Numbered from the stretch's first letter, positions 19,500 to 33,078 are shown. The stretch: DNA of 64,000 nucleotides from Scleropages formosus (GCF_900964775.1 NC_041813.1:31992960-32056959); one strand, 5' to 3'. The notes: a model not told the origin generated them from the sequence alone. Translations and numbers: made by a program.

Positions 19500-20200
19500 T
19501 AACTACGTAACTACTCCTCTCTCTGGATTTCATCTAGTACCTCAGAACCATAGTAGTTCAGAACCTCAGTATCACTACCTCTGAACCCAAGTACCTCAGT
19601 AACAGTACCTATTACTCCAGTATCAATACCTCAGTGTCAGTACCATTACCACAGTAGCTCAGTATCAGTATCTTATTGCCTCATTGCCTGTGTCAGTACC
19701 TCAAGATTTATACCTCAGTACCTCAGAATCAGTACCTCAGTAACAGTACCTCATTACCCCAGTATCAATACCTCAGTATCATTACTTCAGTACCTCAGAA
19801 TCAGTACCTCAGTACCCCAACATCAGTACTTTGTTACCTCAGTATTAATACCTCAGTACCTCAGTGTCAGTACTTAATTACTCAGTATCAGTACCTCAGT
19901 ATTAATGCCTCAGTATCAATACCTCATTACCTCAGCATCAATACCCCAGTACCTAGTATCAAAACATCAGTACCTCAGTACCCCAATATCAGTACCTTGT
20001 TACCTCAGTATTAATACCTCAATACCTTAGTATCCCAGTATCAGTACTTTGTTACCTCAGTATCAGCACCTCAGTATTAATACCTCAGTACCTCAGTATC
20101 AGTATTTAATTACTTCAGAATCAGTACATCAGTATTAATACCTCAGTACCACAGTACCTAAGAATCTCAAGATCTCAGTACCACAGTACCTAAGAATGTC
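19500..20200. repeat. Minisatellite array of about 12-15 bp units (CAGTACCTCAGTAT, CAGTATCAGTACCT) upstream of protease copy 2
   Basis: About 700 bp of tandem units. ORF track entry 19676..20014 (QYLS repeats) is a translation of this array. Confidence 0.85.
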
Positions 20201-20428
20201 AGAATGAGGAATTTCTCGTGTGACACACACGTTGACATCATGCGTTCACACGAAAGGCGGCAACTGATCTGCAGCATAAAAAGCGCAGGCGAGTAGAGAG
20301 TAGAGCAAAGCGAACATCCGTCGTGCGAAGAGCACACGGCTCGTCTCCGCCCGGTAACACCGGCACACGTGTCACCCTAAACCTTTTACAAAGAAGCAGC
20401 GAGAAATAATCAGACAACGAAGAGGACG

Positions 20429-20483
20429 ATGACTCTGTGGACGGCTCTCTTCACTGTGGTGGCAGTAATTGCCATGGCAACAG
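20429..20483 (+). CDS. Serine protease copy 2, exon 1 (signal peptide MTLWTALFTVVAVIAMATG)
   Basis: ATG, hydrophobic core, donor CAG|gtagga. Identical to the sequence at 32255-32309. Confidence 0.6.
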
Positions 20484-21252
20484 GTAGGATTTATTCCACA
20501 TAGCATATGGCAGACACGATGATGGAGATAAAGAAATAAAGATTGCGGGGCAAGAGCCAGGACTGACGAGCCAGGCCAGTCTGTGTTCATACACACTCTG
20601 TAATTATTGGAACAATGAAAGTCAGCACGAAACTGTGACTAAATGACCAAAGTTGAAGAGAGAAAAGTTTGTCACCGGATGTTCTTTCCTTCTGTGACGT
20701 ACGACTCGTGTCAAACGGCGTCATTTATTAAATGATCAGAAATTAACGTGACGTGGGATATGTGGGCTTGAACGCGCAAAAACGTCCTCCAGGAGACCGA
20801 AGGGACCAAGTGCGAGAGGGAAAACGACGACACGGCGAGTACAGAGTAAGGGCACGTTCGTACAGTACCCATAAAATAAGAATGTTTCACCCTGGGCTGT
20901 TTCTTACACCATTCAAAGTGAGGAAAAGTTTGCAGTCTAACAACCTGAGGAATGTGTGACTTGAGGGAAAAATGAGTGTTTGGGCAATAATAGATCCCTA
21001 CAGCACAGGCTCTGCAGTTTTCAAGGACTGAAATGGTGCTGCAGAAAGTGCCGCGTGTCGTCGTAACACACATTTTGGGAAAAGTTGACAAACGTGCCAA
21101 ACACATTCCATGTTTCCCGTCCTCAGAGTCGACTCGCCTCCCCCTTATACACTTTCATAACTTTACTGTCCTGCCGGAGACCGAACTTCGTTTCCGGAAC
21201 GTTTCCTACTCAAGATCTCACTGACTTGTTCTTCTCTTCTTCTGCCTTCCAG

Positions 21253-21273
21253 AATCACACGCCCAGAAGCCAA
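21253..21273 (+). CDS. Serine protease copy 2, exon 2 (21-nt propeptide micro-exon)
   Basis: Acceptor cttccag|AATCACACGCCCAGAAGCCAA and donor |gtaagtg. Phase 1 in and phase 1 out, consistent with exons 1 and 3. Confidence 0.55.
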
Positions 21274-21618
21274 GTAAGTGCTCAATGCCGCTGTTACTCT
21301 TGTGTCGCGTGTTTGTCACACAGCAGTGCGGCCACAGGTTCGTGTTCAGTGTCAGCGCCAGAGCGGTCAGTCCAACAGCAGCTGGCCATCATCACTGAAA
21401 TAGAAGGAAACACTCCAGTTCGGGTTAAGGGCTCAAAACTGGACAGAAAATATAATCAGAATGTAAGTAGAGAAGTAAGAGTTTGATCCGGTGTCAAGGT
21501 CGAGATCTTCCCAGATCCCGGATCTTCATGCCTGCTGCTCGGAGCGGCGCAGTTCATGTCGCTGGGCCCTCTTGGGCTATGAGCTCCGCATGGGTGTGAA
21601 GCAGTTATGCAGCACTAG

Positions 21619-21879
<261 letters not shown>

Positions 21880-22004
21880 TAATTACAGGATGTGACAATG
21901 AAGAGGTGGAGCAGTGTTACGTGTGTCATGTACCATGTTTTGCGGTATGATGTTTCACCCCTGATATCGTCTTAAACTGCACTCTCTCACATTCTCTCCT
22001 CCAG

Positions 22005-22273
22005 TGCGAATCCAAGCAGGTGGACTATGGTTCTGGGCCTGCAGACCCAGCAGGGTACCAACCCGAACGCAGTGTCTGTATCAGTCAGCAAAATCACCGT
22101 GAACCCAAATTACAACGGAAACACCCATGACAACGACCTCGCTCTGGTCCAGCTGTCCTCTACTGTCAACTTCAACAACTACATCCAGCCCGTCTGCCTG
22201 GCAGCCGCTGGCAGCACCTTCTACAACGGCACCAAGACCTGGGTCACCGGCTGGGGATACATCCAGTCAGGAG
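22005..22273 (+). CDS. Serine protease copy 2, exon 4 (...NGNTHDNDLALVQLSSTVNFNNYIQPVCLAAAGSTFYNGTKTWVTGWGYIQSGG)
   Basis: Asp102 motif. Donor GGAG|gtgagtg. Confidence 0.8.
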
Positions 22274-22534
22274 GTGAGTGTGTTCGTCCTGAGGACCAGC
22301 AGGTGGAGGCGTAAATAGGGAACAGAAGCTACAAGTGAATTTTTTGCAGATACTGAGACGCTGCTGCCCACGATGCAGTGCTCTCTGTCCTTCTGGCACC
22401 TCAAACTGCATATCGGAACAAATTTGTCATTTACGAAATCAGAGCTAAATCACGACTGCAGGCTGCTGTTTTGCAGTTAGTCCACCTGATTACAGCCTTG
22501 GGAGCTGCAACCAGTTGCTGTCCTCTTCCCTCAG

Positions 22535-22680
22535 TGTTCCTCCCTCCACCGGGGATTCTGCAGGAAGTCGAGGTGCCTGTCATTGGAAACGGGAAGTGTA
22601 ACTGTCTCTATGGACCGGGGTCCATCACCAAGAACATGCTGTGTGCTGGGCTGCTGGCGGGGGGCAAGGACTCCTGTCAG
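22535..22680 (+). CDS. Serine protease copy 2, exon 5 ([49 protein letters not shown])
   Basis: Acceptor cttccctcag, donor CAG|gtaccg. Confidence 0.8.
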
Positions 22681-22800
22681 GTACCGCAGCTACCACAGCC
22701 TCCTGAGTCAACGTCTGTCTCAGAGAGCTCTCCACATATCCACAGCGAGTCCAGTGTGACCGTTCCCACTCACGCCAGAAATGTGTTTCCACCTGTGCAG

Positions 22801-23031
22801 GGGGACTCAGGAGGTCCACTGGTGGTCAAACAGGGTTCCGTCTGGGTCCAGGCCGGGATCGTGAGCTTTGGTAACGGATGTGCTGAACCCAATTACCCAG
22901 GAGTCTACACCAGGGTGTCCCCGTATCAGTCCTGGATTAGCTCAGTCATCACCTCCAACCTACCAGGATTCGTCACGTACTCCTCCAGTGGGACAAACCG
23001 TGACGTCACCTGCTCCGCTTTTGGGAAATGA
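22801..23031 (+). CDS. Serine protease copy 2, exon 6 ([76 protein letters not shown]). There is no hydrophobic tail.
   Basis: Catalytic serine motif present. TGA stop at 23029-23031, sitting upstream of the tail-encoding region that is still visible but out of frame. Confidence 0.8.
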   Translation, partial: GDSGGPLVVKQGSVWVQAGIVSFGNGCAEPNYPGVYTRVSPYQSWISSVITSNLPGFVTYSSSGTNRDVTCSAFGK

Positions 23032-24904
23032 AATAAATAAATGTGAATGTCCTCTTTTCCTCTATCCCCCTCTTTCTGTTTCCTTCACTGTTGCTCACTG
23101 GCACCCTGTTCTAATTCTCACACTGATAATTTTATTATTTTCATCCAGTTGTAATCTGAACAGTTGATTAAATTCATTTTCATTTGGTTCCCTTACCAAC
23201 CAGGTTCTTAAGATCAAGCGTAAAAAATCCAGAGAGATTTTTTCTCAGCTGCACTACAGATAACAGAGGCCTGGAGATAACAGGAGCATCATTGGAGAAC
23301 CCATGAGGGTTGCATTCAGACCCAAACAAACAGAATGGAACCAAAGTTTTAAGAACAATGGCACTGAAATGTGTCCAGATGAGAACTTCACTTTGTGGAA
23401 CAAAGTAGAAGAAGATTTGACCTTGCTACAGCCATACAAACATAACTAGAGAGATATTTTTATCTTTGGTGAGGAAAGCTAAACTCTCCTCATACAGATG
23501 TGTGTATAGGAGGCACCGTTTAATACTCTTGGATGAACTCAGTCATCACCTCCACCACATCAGGATTCGTCAAGTACACCTCTAGCAGACTAAAGCCTGA
23601 CATCCCCTGCTAAACAACTGAATCCTCTCCTTCGTCCCAGATCTCCTCTCTACCCTGTGCTGCTGTCATGGCGGCGGGCTGAGAGGAGACAGACATGTAA
23701 GGACCCAGTTGCGGGTTGGTTTTTATTCGTAAACGAGGTTCGAAGGACAAGGCAAGATCACAGTCAGGGACAGGTGAAGGTCTTCGAGGTGCGAACGTCA
23801 CAACAAGGGCAAGACAGACTCAGTGGTCGAGGAACAGGCAATGGTCAGGAAACAGGAACAGGAGTCGTAGGCACAAGGCAAGAAACCGCTGATACTGCAA
23901 AACCACAAGGGCGTTTGCAAGAATCCGAGTTGTGTCATGGTCACGGAGCTCCTTTTATCCCGGGTTCCCATTGATTAGTCGCCAATGTTGGCGATCCGCT
24001 TGTTCCACGGGGTGTGACAGCTGCTGTAGGTTTCCTGCACTGCTGGTATTTAGCAGTCAGTTTTACTAAAAAGAATTACATTGATAATTTCTCCAGGTTT
24101 CATTTATCTGTTATTAATATTGACAATAGTATTCTGGTTAGAAAGAAAACACATCTTATAACCTAGTAAATCAATAGTTCACAAGCTAACTACACAGCAG
24201 GAGAAGAGCAACAACTTACTGCCACCACCTTTTTTTTTTAGTTTCATTGTGGAGTTTATGTATATTGATAGGCAGAGGCAACAACGCATGAAGGTAGACC
24301 TGTGACAGGTGTAACCAGAAAGACTGGGGTCGACGTGGACATCATAAGCACACACTGAGATTGAGGCCCCAGATTTTCATTCTAAACCGAGGTGCTCCGC
24401 AGCTATTCCATGGCTCTCGATCCAGGGGGGAACTGAGACTAACAGCTGATGGGACTTGGCCGACGGCACCCACAGCAGAAGACAGCTACAGCAAGGAGGT
24501 CTAGCTAATTATTTACAGTAAGTTGCTTATTGGATTTAAGGAGAGAAAATAAAAACATTAAAATGCCACAAAACTGACAATAATGACAAAAGGGTGTTAG
24601 AAATGCAATGGAGTAAAAGCACATATCTATTCTAATACAGGATCACTTTTTAGTCCTCACTCAACTCCCTTTCAGAGGTTGGGAAGAAGTAAAGCTCCTT
24701 CATGAGAGCCTGAGAGGGAATATCTGGGTAAAAAGAGTGAAATAGTAGAACACGGCAAGGGTACACGTCGCTGTCTGCTGCCTGGTAGACTACATGGTTC
24801 TGAGAGAGACAACCTGGACCACACGCTTTGGGATGAGAAGGGAATTATCAGCATCAGAAAGGTGAGAAAACATCATTCAATTTCCCTGTTGCACCTTTTG
24901 AAAT

Positions 24905-25270
24905 ATGTGGTCATTTTCTGAGAGCACTGCAGGGAAGCAGCAGGTGGCGCTGTTGCCTCACTGCACCTGGGCTGTTCAAGAGCGAGTCTGGACCCTGCTC
25001 AGTCCGTGTGGAGTCTGTATGTTTTCCCCGCATCCACATGGGTTTTCTCCAGGTGCTCTGGTTTCCTCCCACAGTCCAAAGACACACATTTCATTCACAT
25101 GAACTGGTATCTCTCAGTTTCCCCAAAGCGTGCGACAGTGTGTGGCCACCCTGCCACGGACCGACGTCCCATCCAGGAGTAAAGGAACCGGATCTGGACC
25201 TTTGGCAACTCGGACTTGGACAAGGAATTAAAAGGACGAGCGAGTTAGCGAGTGGTCATCTTCTATCTGA
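24905..25270 (+). mobile_element. Widespread teleost SINE, family B (motif ...CTGTTGCCTCACTGCACCTGGGCTG...GTGTGGAGTCTGTATGTTTTCCCC...GGTTTCCTCCCACAGTCCAAAGACAC)
   Basis: Carries the conserved core seen in many actinopterygian genomes. ORF track entries 24905..25102 and 25008..25514 are translations of this element. Confidence 0.5.
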
Positions 25271-26404
25271 CAATAAAGACCCCACCGAGAGCAGAGTGGC
25301 GTCTGGCTTTTTCCGAATATTGACGGCTACGCGAGGCATAAATGCACTGCTGACGACAAGCCCTCTTACTCACCTTGTCAAATGCCGAACTGCTTGGAGA
25401 TGCGCAGCAGAAGTACCCTCCACTTGGGAGATCAGTACTGCTCAGGTAAAGAGAATAGTGACGCTGACACCTGTGGAGGTGGAACACGGATCCGCTGATG
25501 CGAGGCTCTTCTGAGAAGCTCTCCTCTGGTGCTATTCAATGGTGTCGGAGGGAACAGCTCCAGCACCTGGGACAGCAGGGGACACGCTGAGGAAGGACTG
25601 CGGCCCAAACACACCGGTGCTATAGCATCGCCTCTGTGTTCGCGCTGAATAAAACGTACATACGTATAGTTGCAGCCTTATAACACTTCATTTCACTTTT
25701 CCGTGGGCTTCATCACCCGCTGTAACAGTTTCTCCTGCCTTTTAACGAGCACCTATTTAACCTTCCGCAAATGTTAACAAAGCGTTAGTATCCTGCGTCG
25801 AAATACCTTCATTTTGGATTTTTAAGTTTTTTTTTTTTAGGGCACACTTTCCTTCGAAGAACCTACTGTGAGAATAACGGTAGTCTGATGGCAGTCGGAG
25901 GCTCTCATGTCAGGAACTCTTCCGATGGGGTTGTTTTATGCGAGGAATGGAGGGCGTTACGCCAGGGATGGTTCTGTTCCGCTGCTGTGGTCCCTCGACA
26001 CAAACGCGCTCCACAAAGTGTCCAACTTGCTCCTCCTGTCAACGACGGTAACAGTAAATAGCGGCGCTGACACGAAGGAATGAGCTGCTGCGCTGTGCGC
26101 CACCTACACATTGTGACATTTCACCTTCTCTTCTGTAAGGCGCAAGGGAAGGCGCAAGGAAGGCGCAAGCCAGGCGTTGACCCGTTCGGCCTGTTTTGCA
26201 TTCACTCCACCTCGGTAGCACCTTCCTTCCTGGCAGTAAATGGGCAAAGCGCCTCCTCGTGCCAAACTCACATGACCGCACGATGCGAGCGAAAAGACGT
26301 TTTGCGCGCTCCTCCCGCAGCACGGACAGAAGGGACGGGACGGACGGAACGGACACCACACAGTCTTTTAGACCGAGATCGGAACGACCTGCGACTCCGA
26401 ACAC

Positions 26405-26459
26405 ATGGCTCTCTGGAGGAGCGCGCTCACTGTGGCGGCGATCGTCACCGCGGCAAAAG
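26405..26459 (+). CDS. Serine protease copy 3, exon 1 (signal peptide MALWRSALTVAAIVTAAKG)
   Basis: ATG, hydrophobic core, donor AAAG|gtagga. Confidence 0.55.
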
Positions 26460-26985
26460 GTAGGATTTACTACGCGGGAAAAACGTGAGAAAAACGTGAG
26501 AATCACGCCAAGGTAGAGAGTGCGGGCGCGAGCCGCCACTGACCAGCAGCGCGTGCACGTTCACGCACACGTCACGCTTCTTGCTGGGAGAGCGAACAGC
26601 GGCGCGTCGGTGGCTCCGCTAAACTTTAGTATCGCTGACATGATGATTGATGGAGTGGAACGAGTTGGACGCTTTAGTTTATGTTCCGAAAGATTCAAAC
26701 GTCACGGCTGTTCCTGAAGGAAGCCGCTCGCGCCCGACATACTACTGCTGGACGTGACGAGTTTCAACGTGAGTAAATGCGGGACACGTGCCCTTGAACG
26801 CGGCCCACGACCCACGACCCACGACCCACGCACTCTTCAGCACACTTTTCTTTTAGTGAAGATCACCCAGAAGCGGTGCGTGTCAGGAGGAAGGACCAGT
26901 CGCCAGTGTCACCGACCCACCGACCGACAGCGAGAGCTCGACAGCGTGACGTCTTTACACCGTTAGGGTGAGAATTAGGATTAGG

Positions 26986-27024
26986 ATTAGGAGTGAGGGG
27001 TTAGGGTTAGGGTTAGGGTTAGTG
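26986..27024. repeat. Interstitial telomere-like repeat (TTAGGG)4 adjacent to TTAGGA units
   Basis: Sequence gagggGTTAGGGTTAGGGTTAGGGTTAGtg, preceded by ATTAGGATTAGGATTAGGAG. Confidence 0.8.
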
Positions 27025-27561
27025 CATGCGACTCCTTTGCTCTGCATGATGTGGAGCCACTTCTTTTAAGGGCATTCACAGTACCATGCAGGCACACTCA
27101 TTAAAACACAGTAAAACATAGTAACACTCAGCCCTTGGTGATGAGGAGGACAAAGTAAAAACTGCGCTGGAAGAACGTGATCATCGAAAGTGACCTTTTC
27201 AGGAATTTCCTTCGGGGGCCCAGCATGTAGAGAAGGCTAAACAAGGGTTACGTCCAACATGCATGTTTATGCGATGTGATCATGCATAATTTAAAAACCC
27301 GGAAGATACACATCTGATCCGGGGTCACATTTGTCACTAAATATTCAGTGTTTTCCCCAATTGTAAATGTTTACCAAGCAGAAGTTGTTGCTAGAACGAG
27401 CGACTCGCTCCCTTACAGAGCACACGCTGCCTACGAACCATGTTTAGTGTGTGTGTGTGTCATACAATCCGTATAGCAAATTTGTCACTGGTCACACTTG
27501 TACACGACACGATCCTGTTTCAACAAAATGACGCTTTTTTTTTTTCTCTCCCGCTTCTCAG

Positions 27562-27582
27562 AATCACAGTCGCAAGCAAACG
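27562..27582 (+). CDS. Serine protease copy 3, exon 2 (21-nt propeptide micro-exon)
   Basis: Sequence tctcag|AATCACAGTCGCAAGCAAACG|gtaagt. Confidence 0.5.
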
Positions 27583-27901
27583 GTAAGTTTTGCTAGTAGT
27601 TTTACACTATTGTGGGTCTGTGCTTTCTACACATTCGTCTGTTATTACACACGTTGTCACTCAGAATTCATCAGTTTTTCAAACTCGTATCATTTACAAT
27701 AATGCGCTACATGTTTTAAGTTCTTTGTGTGTATGCACTGCATTTGTAGTCCCTAGAGAAAGATGGAAACACAAAACTGAAATTGGCAAAACTCAACATC
27801 CTCACTGCTGTAGAAAAACGTGTAACATGACGAAGACATGTACAGATACACGAAAACTATGTTTTATAAAAACATAGGTTATACAACAACCTCACATCTG
27901 A

Positions 27902-28198
<297 letters not shown>

Positions 28199-28241
28199 TG
28201 ATATCATCTTAAACTGCACTCTCTCACATTTTCTCCTGTAG

Positions 28242-28510
28242 CGCGGATCCAAGCGGTTGGACTATGGTTCTGGGCCTGCAGACCCAGCAGGGAACCAACC
28301 CAAACTCTGTGTCCGTATCAGTCAGCAGCATCACCGTGAACCCAAATTACAATGGAAACACCAACGACAACGATCTCGCTCTGGTCCAGCTCTCCTCCAC
28401 TGTCAGCTTCAGTGACTACATCCAGCCCATCTGCCTGGCAGCCTCTGGCAGCACCTTCTACAACGGCACCGAGACCTGGGTCACCGGCTGGGGAAACATC
28501 CAGTCAGGAG
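28242..28510 (+). CDS. Serine protease copy 3, exon 4 (...NGNTNDNDLALVQLSSTVSFSDYIQPICLAASGSTFYNGTETWVTGWGNIQSGG)
   Basis: Asp102 motif. Donor GGAG|gtgagtg. Confidence 0.8.
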
Positions 28511-28999
28511 GTGAGTGTGTTCGTCCTGAGGGCCAGCAGATGAAGATGTGGTTAAGGAACGGGAGCTGTAAGTGTTTGATTCACACTGTTCACATGGCAA
28601 TGAGCGAGTTCACCTAAATGTCCTTGACTTATGAGATTTTGCCTCACAAACTTTTAGAGATACAAACTTGGCTTTATGTCCAGTATCGAATTGATGTTCA
28701 TAAGTTCAAGCCCCGTCACCACATAAGGCTTCCGTAAGAATCCCAGCATTGCCATTGTTCACTAGCATTGTTCCTATCCACACAGCTGAAATGATCGTTT
28801 CAGTGTTATCGTAGTGGTTCTTCTGGGTTTTGTTGTGCGTACAAACCCAGCCCTGTGACTGACATTGCGGACAGCACTAGATGGACGGTCGGTACCCTAT
28901 TACTATCAGAAATTGAAATATGAATTTACTCTGGTAAGGTTGCTGACTTCAGATCTACAACTAGTGAGTCTGTGCTAATTCTAAGTCCTTTACCCTCAG

Positions 29000-29145
29000 T
29001 GTCCCTCCCTTCACCCGGGACTCTACAGGAAGTGCAGGTTCCTGTGGTGGGAAACGGGAAGTGTAACTGTCTCTATGGACCGGGGTCCATCACGGACAAC
29101 ATGCTGTGTGCTGGTCTGCTGGCGGGGGGCAAGGACTCCTGTCAG
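29000..29145 (+). CDS. Serine protease copy 3, exon 5 ([49 protein letters not shown])
   Basis: Acceptor taccctcag, donor CAG|gtaccg. Confidence 0.8.
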
Positions 29146-29265
29146 GTACCGCAGCTACCACAGCCTCCTGAGTCAACGTCTGTCTCAGAGAGCACTCCAC
29201 ATGTCCACAGCGAGTCAAGTGTGACCGTTCCCACTCACGCCAGAAATGTGTTTCCACCTGTGCAG

Positions 29266-29577
29266 GGGGACTCAGGAGGTCCACTGGTGGTCAAACAGGG
29301 TTCCGTCTGGGTCCAGGCCGGGATCGTGAGCTTTGGTAACGGATGTGCTGAACCCAATTACCCAGGAGTCTACACCAGGGTGTCCCAGTATCAGTCCTGG
29401 ATCAGCTCAGTCATCACCTCCAACCTGCCAGGATTTGTCACGTACTTCTCCAGTGGGACAAACAGTGACGTCACCTGCACCGCAACAGCCGCAGTCATCT
29501 CTTCCATGAATGTCCTCTTTTCCTCTATCCCCCTCTTTCTGTTTCCTTCACTGCTGCTCATTGACACCCTCTTCTAA
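29266..29577 (+). CDS. Serine protease copy 3, exon 6 (GDSGGP...). It has the hydrophobic tail ...[32 protein letters not shown] and a stop at 29575-29577.
   Basis: Catalytic serine motif plus an intact hydrophobic C-terminus. Confidence 0.8.
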   Translation, partial: GDSGGPLVVKQGSVWVQAGIVSFGNGCAEPNYPGVYTRVSQYQSWISSVITSNLPGFVTYFSSGTNSDVTCTATAAVISSMNVLFSSIPLFLFPSLLLIDTLF

Positions 29578-31199
29578 GTCTCATGCTGAAAATTTTCTTA
29601 TTTTCATCCAGTTGTAATCCAAACAGTTGATTAAATTCATTTTCATTTGGCTCCCTTACCAACCAGGTTCTTAAGATCAAGGGTAAAAAATACAGAGAGA
29701 TTAGCAACTGTGATTACCATAAATAATAAAGGAAATGTAATAAGTTAAAATAAGTGAGGGGTGTAACCAGAAGACAAAGCAGAAGGATGGTATAGGAACT
29801 ATGTAAACCAGAATGAAAAGCTGACATAAATTTAAAAACAATATACAGTTAACATAAAAGATATGCATATTTGCATGTAACTGTAGAAAACATCAATTTA
29901 TGAAGGCAACAGTTTTTAAAGTAGTAGCTCTTCTCCTCTAATTTCCAGGTTGAAAATAAGTGGGTCTCCTTCTTACCTCTTAGATTATTACTCCTCGATA
30001 TATAGGGAATAACTGATAAAATGCAACTGCATTTTCATAGTTATATTAGTGATTGATTCATGATTAGTCACCGCATAACCAATACAGGGTTTCGGACATA
30101 CACACATATGTATTCTTTAGATCCTTCAGCTTTACGGCTTCCATTAAACGTGAGATCTCAAATGCAGAGTTCAGACAGAAATACCACGAAGGAAATTGCG
30201 TGTTTATACCAGCTTACTGCTGTACAAAGAGCACGTTGGACTTTGTAGCGCTTAGAGTGAAATGAAGGCACCAAAGAAGGTGAGCTTCTACATTCCTGTG
30301 TCACCTTCTCATGTACTCATGAGTAGGTTCCTCACATGGACAAAGTGACATGTCTCATAACTCCTGCAGGATTGATCTAGAGTCCCGTCAGAGCTTAGAA
30401 CAAAAGGCAAACTTGGTTTGTTCACAAGGTTTCATTTCTTTTTCTTTGAATCACTGCATGTGTTGTGATAATAATCACAATAATAATCACTGTAACCTCT
30501 CAGGGCGTTCGGGTTTCATGTCAACATCATCTAACCTCAACATTTCGTTCTCTTTTCATAAAGGGTAAATAAAAGGAAATAAATAAATAAATCTCTGGCT
30601 GTGTGCACTCATTTCAAAGTACTGCTGCCAGCTGTTACCGATTTACAGCAACAGACTCTCTAACTCATGGCAACGCAAAGTTGGCAGAAACGTAAGGAAT
30701 CTCTTGCATTGTCCTGTCTGAAATGCATCAGCGATAACAGAAGCAGCCTGTTTTTCTTGAGATTCTTGACTAGCTGGGTCATGACTGCATCCTAAATAAT
30801 GCAGGAAGGAGCAATGAAAGATGGGCCCACTTGATAATGAGACAAGGTTTGAAACCATGACCTTCTCCATCATCACCTTCAAATCATGCTTATGGGCAGG
30901 TAAAGCTAGCCACCCCAGCCACTAGGAGGGATATCTACCAAGAGTCTTCATACACAGAATGACCAGCTTAAGCACCCTATTGTTACATTATAAAAGGTAA
31001 CAACTCTCTCAAAACACACAACACTGAATGACGATCACACCTTGCCCAGGTGCAGCGATGGCAATTGTGCGCAGCAGCGATCGACTTCTACACGCTCGTG
31101 TTTAGAATGAGACTGGATACAGTTCGTTAATATGAACATAAACAGAAATAACGGAACTGCAGTGATGATGTTGTTTTGTGGTACGTGCAGCATGAGGAA

Positions 31200-31990
31200 T
31201 TATTACTAACTACGTAACTACTCCTCTCTCTGGATTTCATCTAGTACCGCAGAACCTCAGTACCAATACCTCAGAACCCAAGTACCTCAATATCAGTACC
31301 TCAGCACCTCAGTATTAATACCTCATTATCCCAGTTTCAGTACCTCAGTACCTCATAATCTCAGTATCAATACCCCAATATCAGTACCTTTACCTCAGTA
31401 CCAGTATCTTAGTATTAATACCTCAGTATCAGTACCTCAGTAACCCAGTGTTAGTACTTCGTTACCACAGTATCAGTACATATTAATACCTCAGTATCTC
31501 AGTAACAGTACCTCATTACCCCAGTATCAATACCTCAGTACCATTACTTCAGTACCTCAGAATCAGTACCTCAGTACCCCAATATCAGTACTTTGTTACC
31601 TCAGCGTCAATACCCCAGTACCTCAGTATCAAAACATCAGTACCTCAGTACCCCAGTGTTAGTACTTCGTTACCACAGTATCAGTACATATTAATACCTC
31701 AGTACCTCAGTATCGGAGGGGGGTGCAGTGGGTTGGACCGGGTCCTGCTCTCCTGTGGGTCTGGGGTTCGAGTCCCGCTTGGGGTGCCTTGCGACGGACT
31801 GGCGTCCCATCCTGGGTGTGTCCCCTCTCCTTCCAGCCTTATGCCCTGAGTTGCTGGGTGAGGCTCCGGTTCCCCGTGACCCCGTATGGGACAAGCGGTT
31901 CTGAAAATGTGTGTATCTCAGTATCAGTACTTTGTTACTTCAGTACCACAATACCTAAGGATCTCAGTACCACAGTACCTAAGAATGTCA
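31200..31990. repeat. Paralogous minisatellite array upstream of protease copy 4, interrupted by the SINE at 31716-31912
   Basis: Same unit as the array at 19500-20200. ORF track entry 31886..32122 partly covers it. Confidence 0.85.
31716..31912 (+). mobile_element. tRNA-derived SINE (family A), full length, inserted inside the minisatellite array
   Basis: Sequence GGGGGGTGCAGTGGGTTGGACCGGGTCCTGCTCTCC...GGTTCGAGTCCCGCTTGGGGTGCCTTGCGACGGACTGGCGTCC...CCGTATGGGACAAGCGGTTCTGAAAATGTGTGT. It is absent from the paralogous array at 19500-20200. Confidence 0.8.
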
Positions 31991-32254
31991 GAATCTTGGT
32001 ACCTCCCTCTCGATGAGCAGCATATGAGCATGAGGAATTTCTCGTGTGACACACACGTTGACATCATGCGTTCACACGAAAGGCGGCAACTGATCTGCAG
32101 CATAAAAAGCGCAGGCGAGTAGAGAGTAGAGCAAAGCGAACATCCGTCGTGCGAAGAGCACACGGCTCGTCTCCGCCCGGTAACACCGGCACACGTGTCA
32201 CCCTAAACCTTTTACAAAGAAGCAGCGAGAAATAATCAGACAACGAAGAGGACG

Positions 32255-32309
32255 ATGACTCTGTGGACGGCTCTCTTCACTGTGGTGGCAGTAATTGCCA
32301 TGGCAACAG
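32255..32309 (+). CDS. Serine protease copy 4, exon 1 (signal peptide MTLWTALFTVVAVIAMATG)
   Basis: Identical to copy 2 exon 1, offset by 11,826 nt. Confidence 0.6.
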
Positions 32310-33078
32310 GTAGGATTTATTCCACATAGCATATGGCAGACACGATGATGGAGATAAAGAAATAAAGATTGCGGGGCAAGAGCCAGGACTGACGAGCCAG
32401 GCCAGTCTGTGTTCATACACACTCTGTAATTATTGGAACAATGAAAGTCAGCACGAAACTGTGACTAAATGACCAAAGTTGAAGAGAGAAAAGTTTGTCA
32501 CCGGATGTTCTTTCCTTCTGTGTCGTACGACTCGTGTCAAACGGCGTCATTTATTAAATGATCAGAAATTAACGTGACGTGGGATATGTGGGCTTGAACG
32601 CGCAAAAACGTCCTCCAGGAGACCGAAGGGACCAAGTGCGAGAGGGAAAACGACGACACGGCGAGTACAGAGTAAGGGCACGTTCGTACAGTACCCATAA
32701 AATAAGAATGTTTCACCCTGGGCTGTTTCTTACACCATTCAAAGTGAGGAAAAGTTTGCAGTCTAACAACCTGAGGAATGTGTGACTTGAGGGAAAAATG
32801 AGTGTTTGGGCAATAATAGATCCCTACAGCACAGGCTCTGCAGTTTTCAAGGACTGAAATGGTGCTGCAGAAAGTGCCGCGTGTCGTCGTAACACACATT
32901 TTGGGAAAAGTTGACAAACGTGCCAAACACATTCCATGTTTCCCGTCCTCAGAGTCGACTCGCCTCCCCCTTATACACTTTCATAACTTTACTGTCCTGC
33001 CGGAGACCGAACTTCGTTTCCGGAACGTTTCCTACTCAAGATCTCACTGACTTGTTCTTCTCTTCTTCTGCCTTCCAG

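Noticed and set aside
19676-20014. 112-aa ORF rich in QYLS/TSVPQ repeats
   Set aside because: It is a translation of the 14-bp minisatellite array. It has no start context, and the periodic amino-acid repeat mirrors the DNA repeat.
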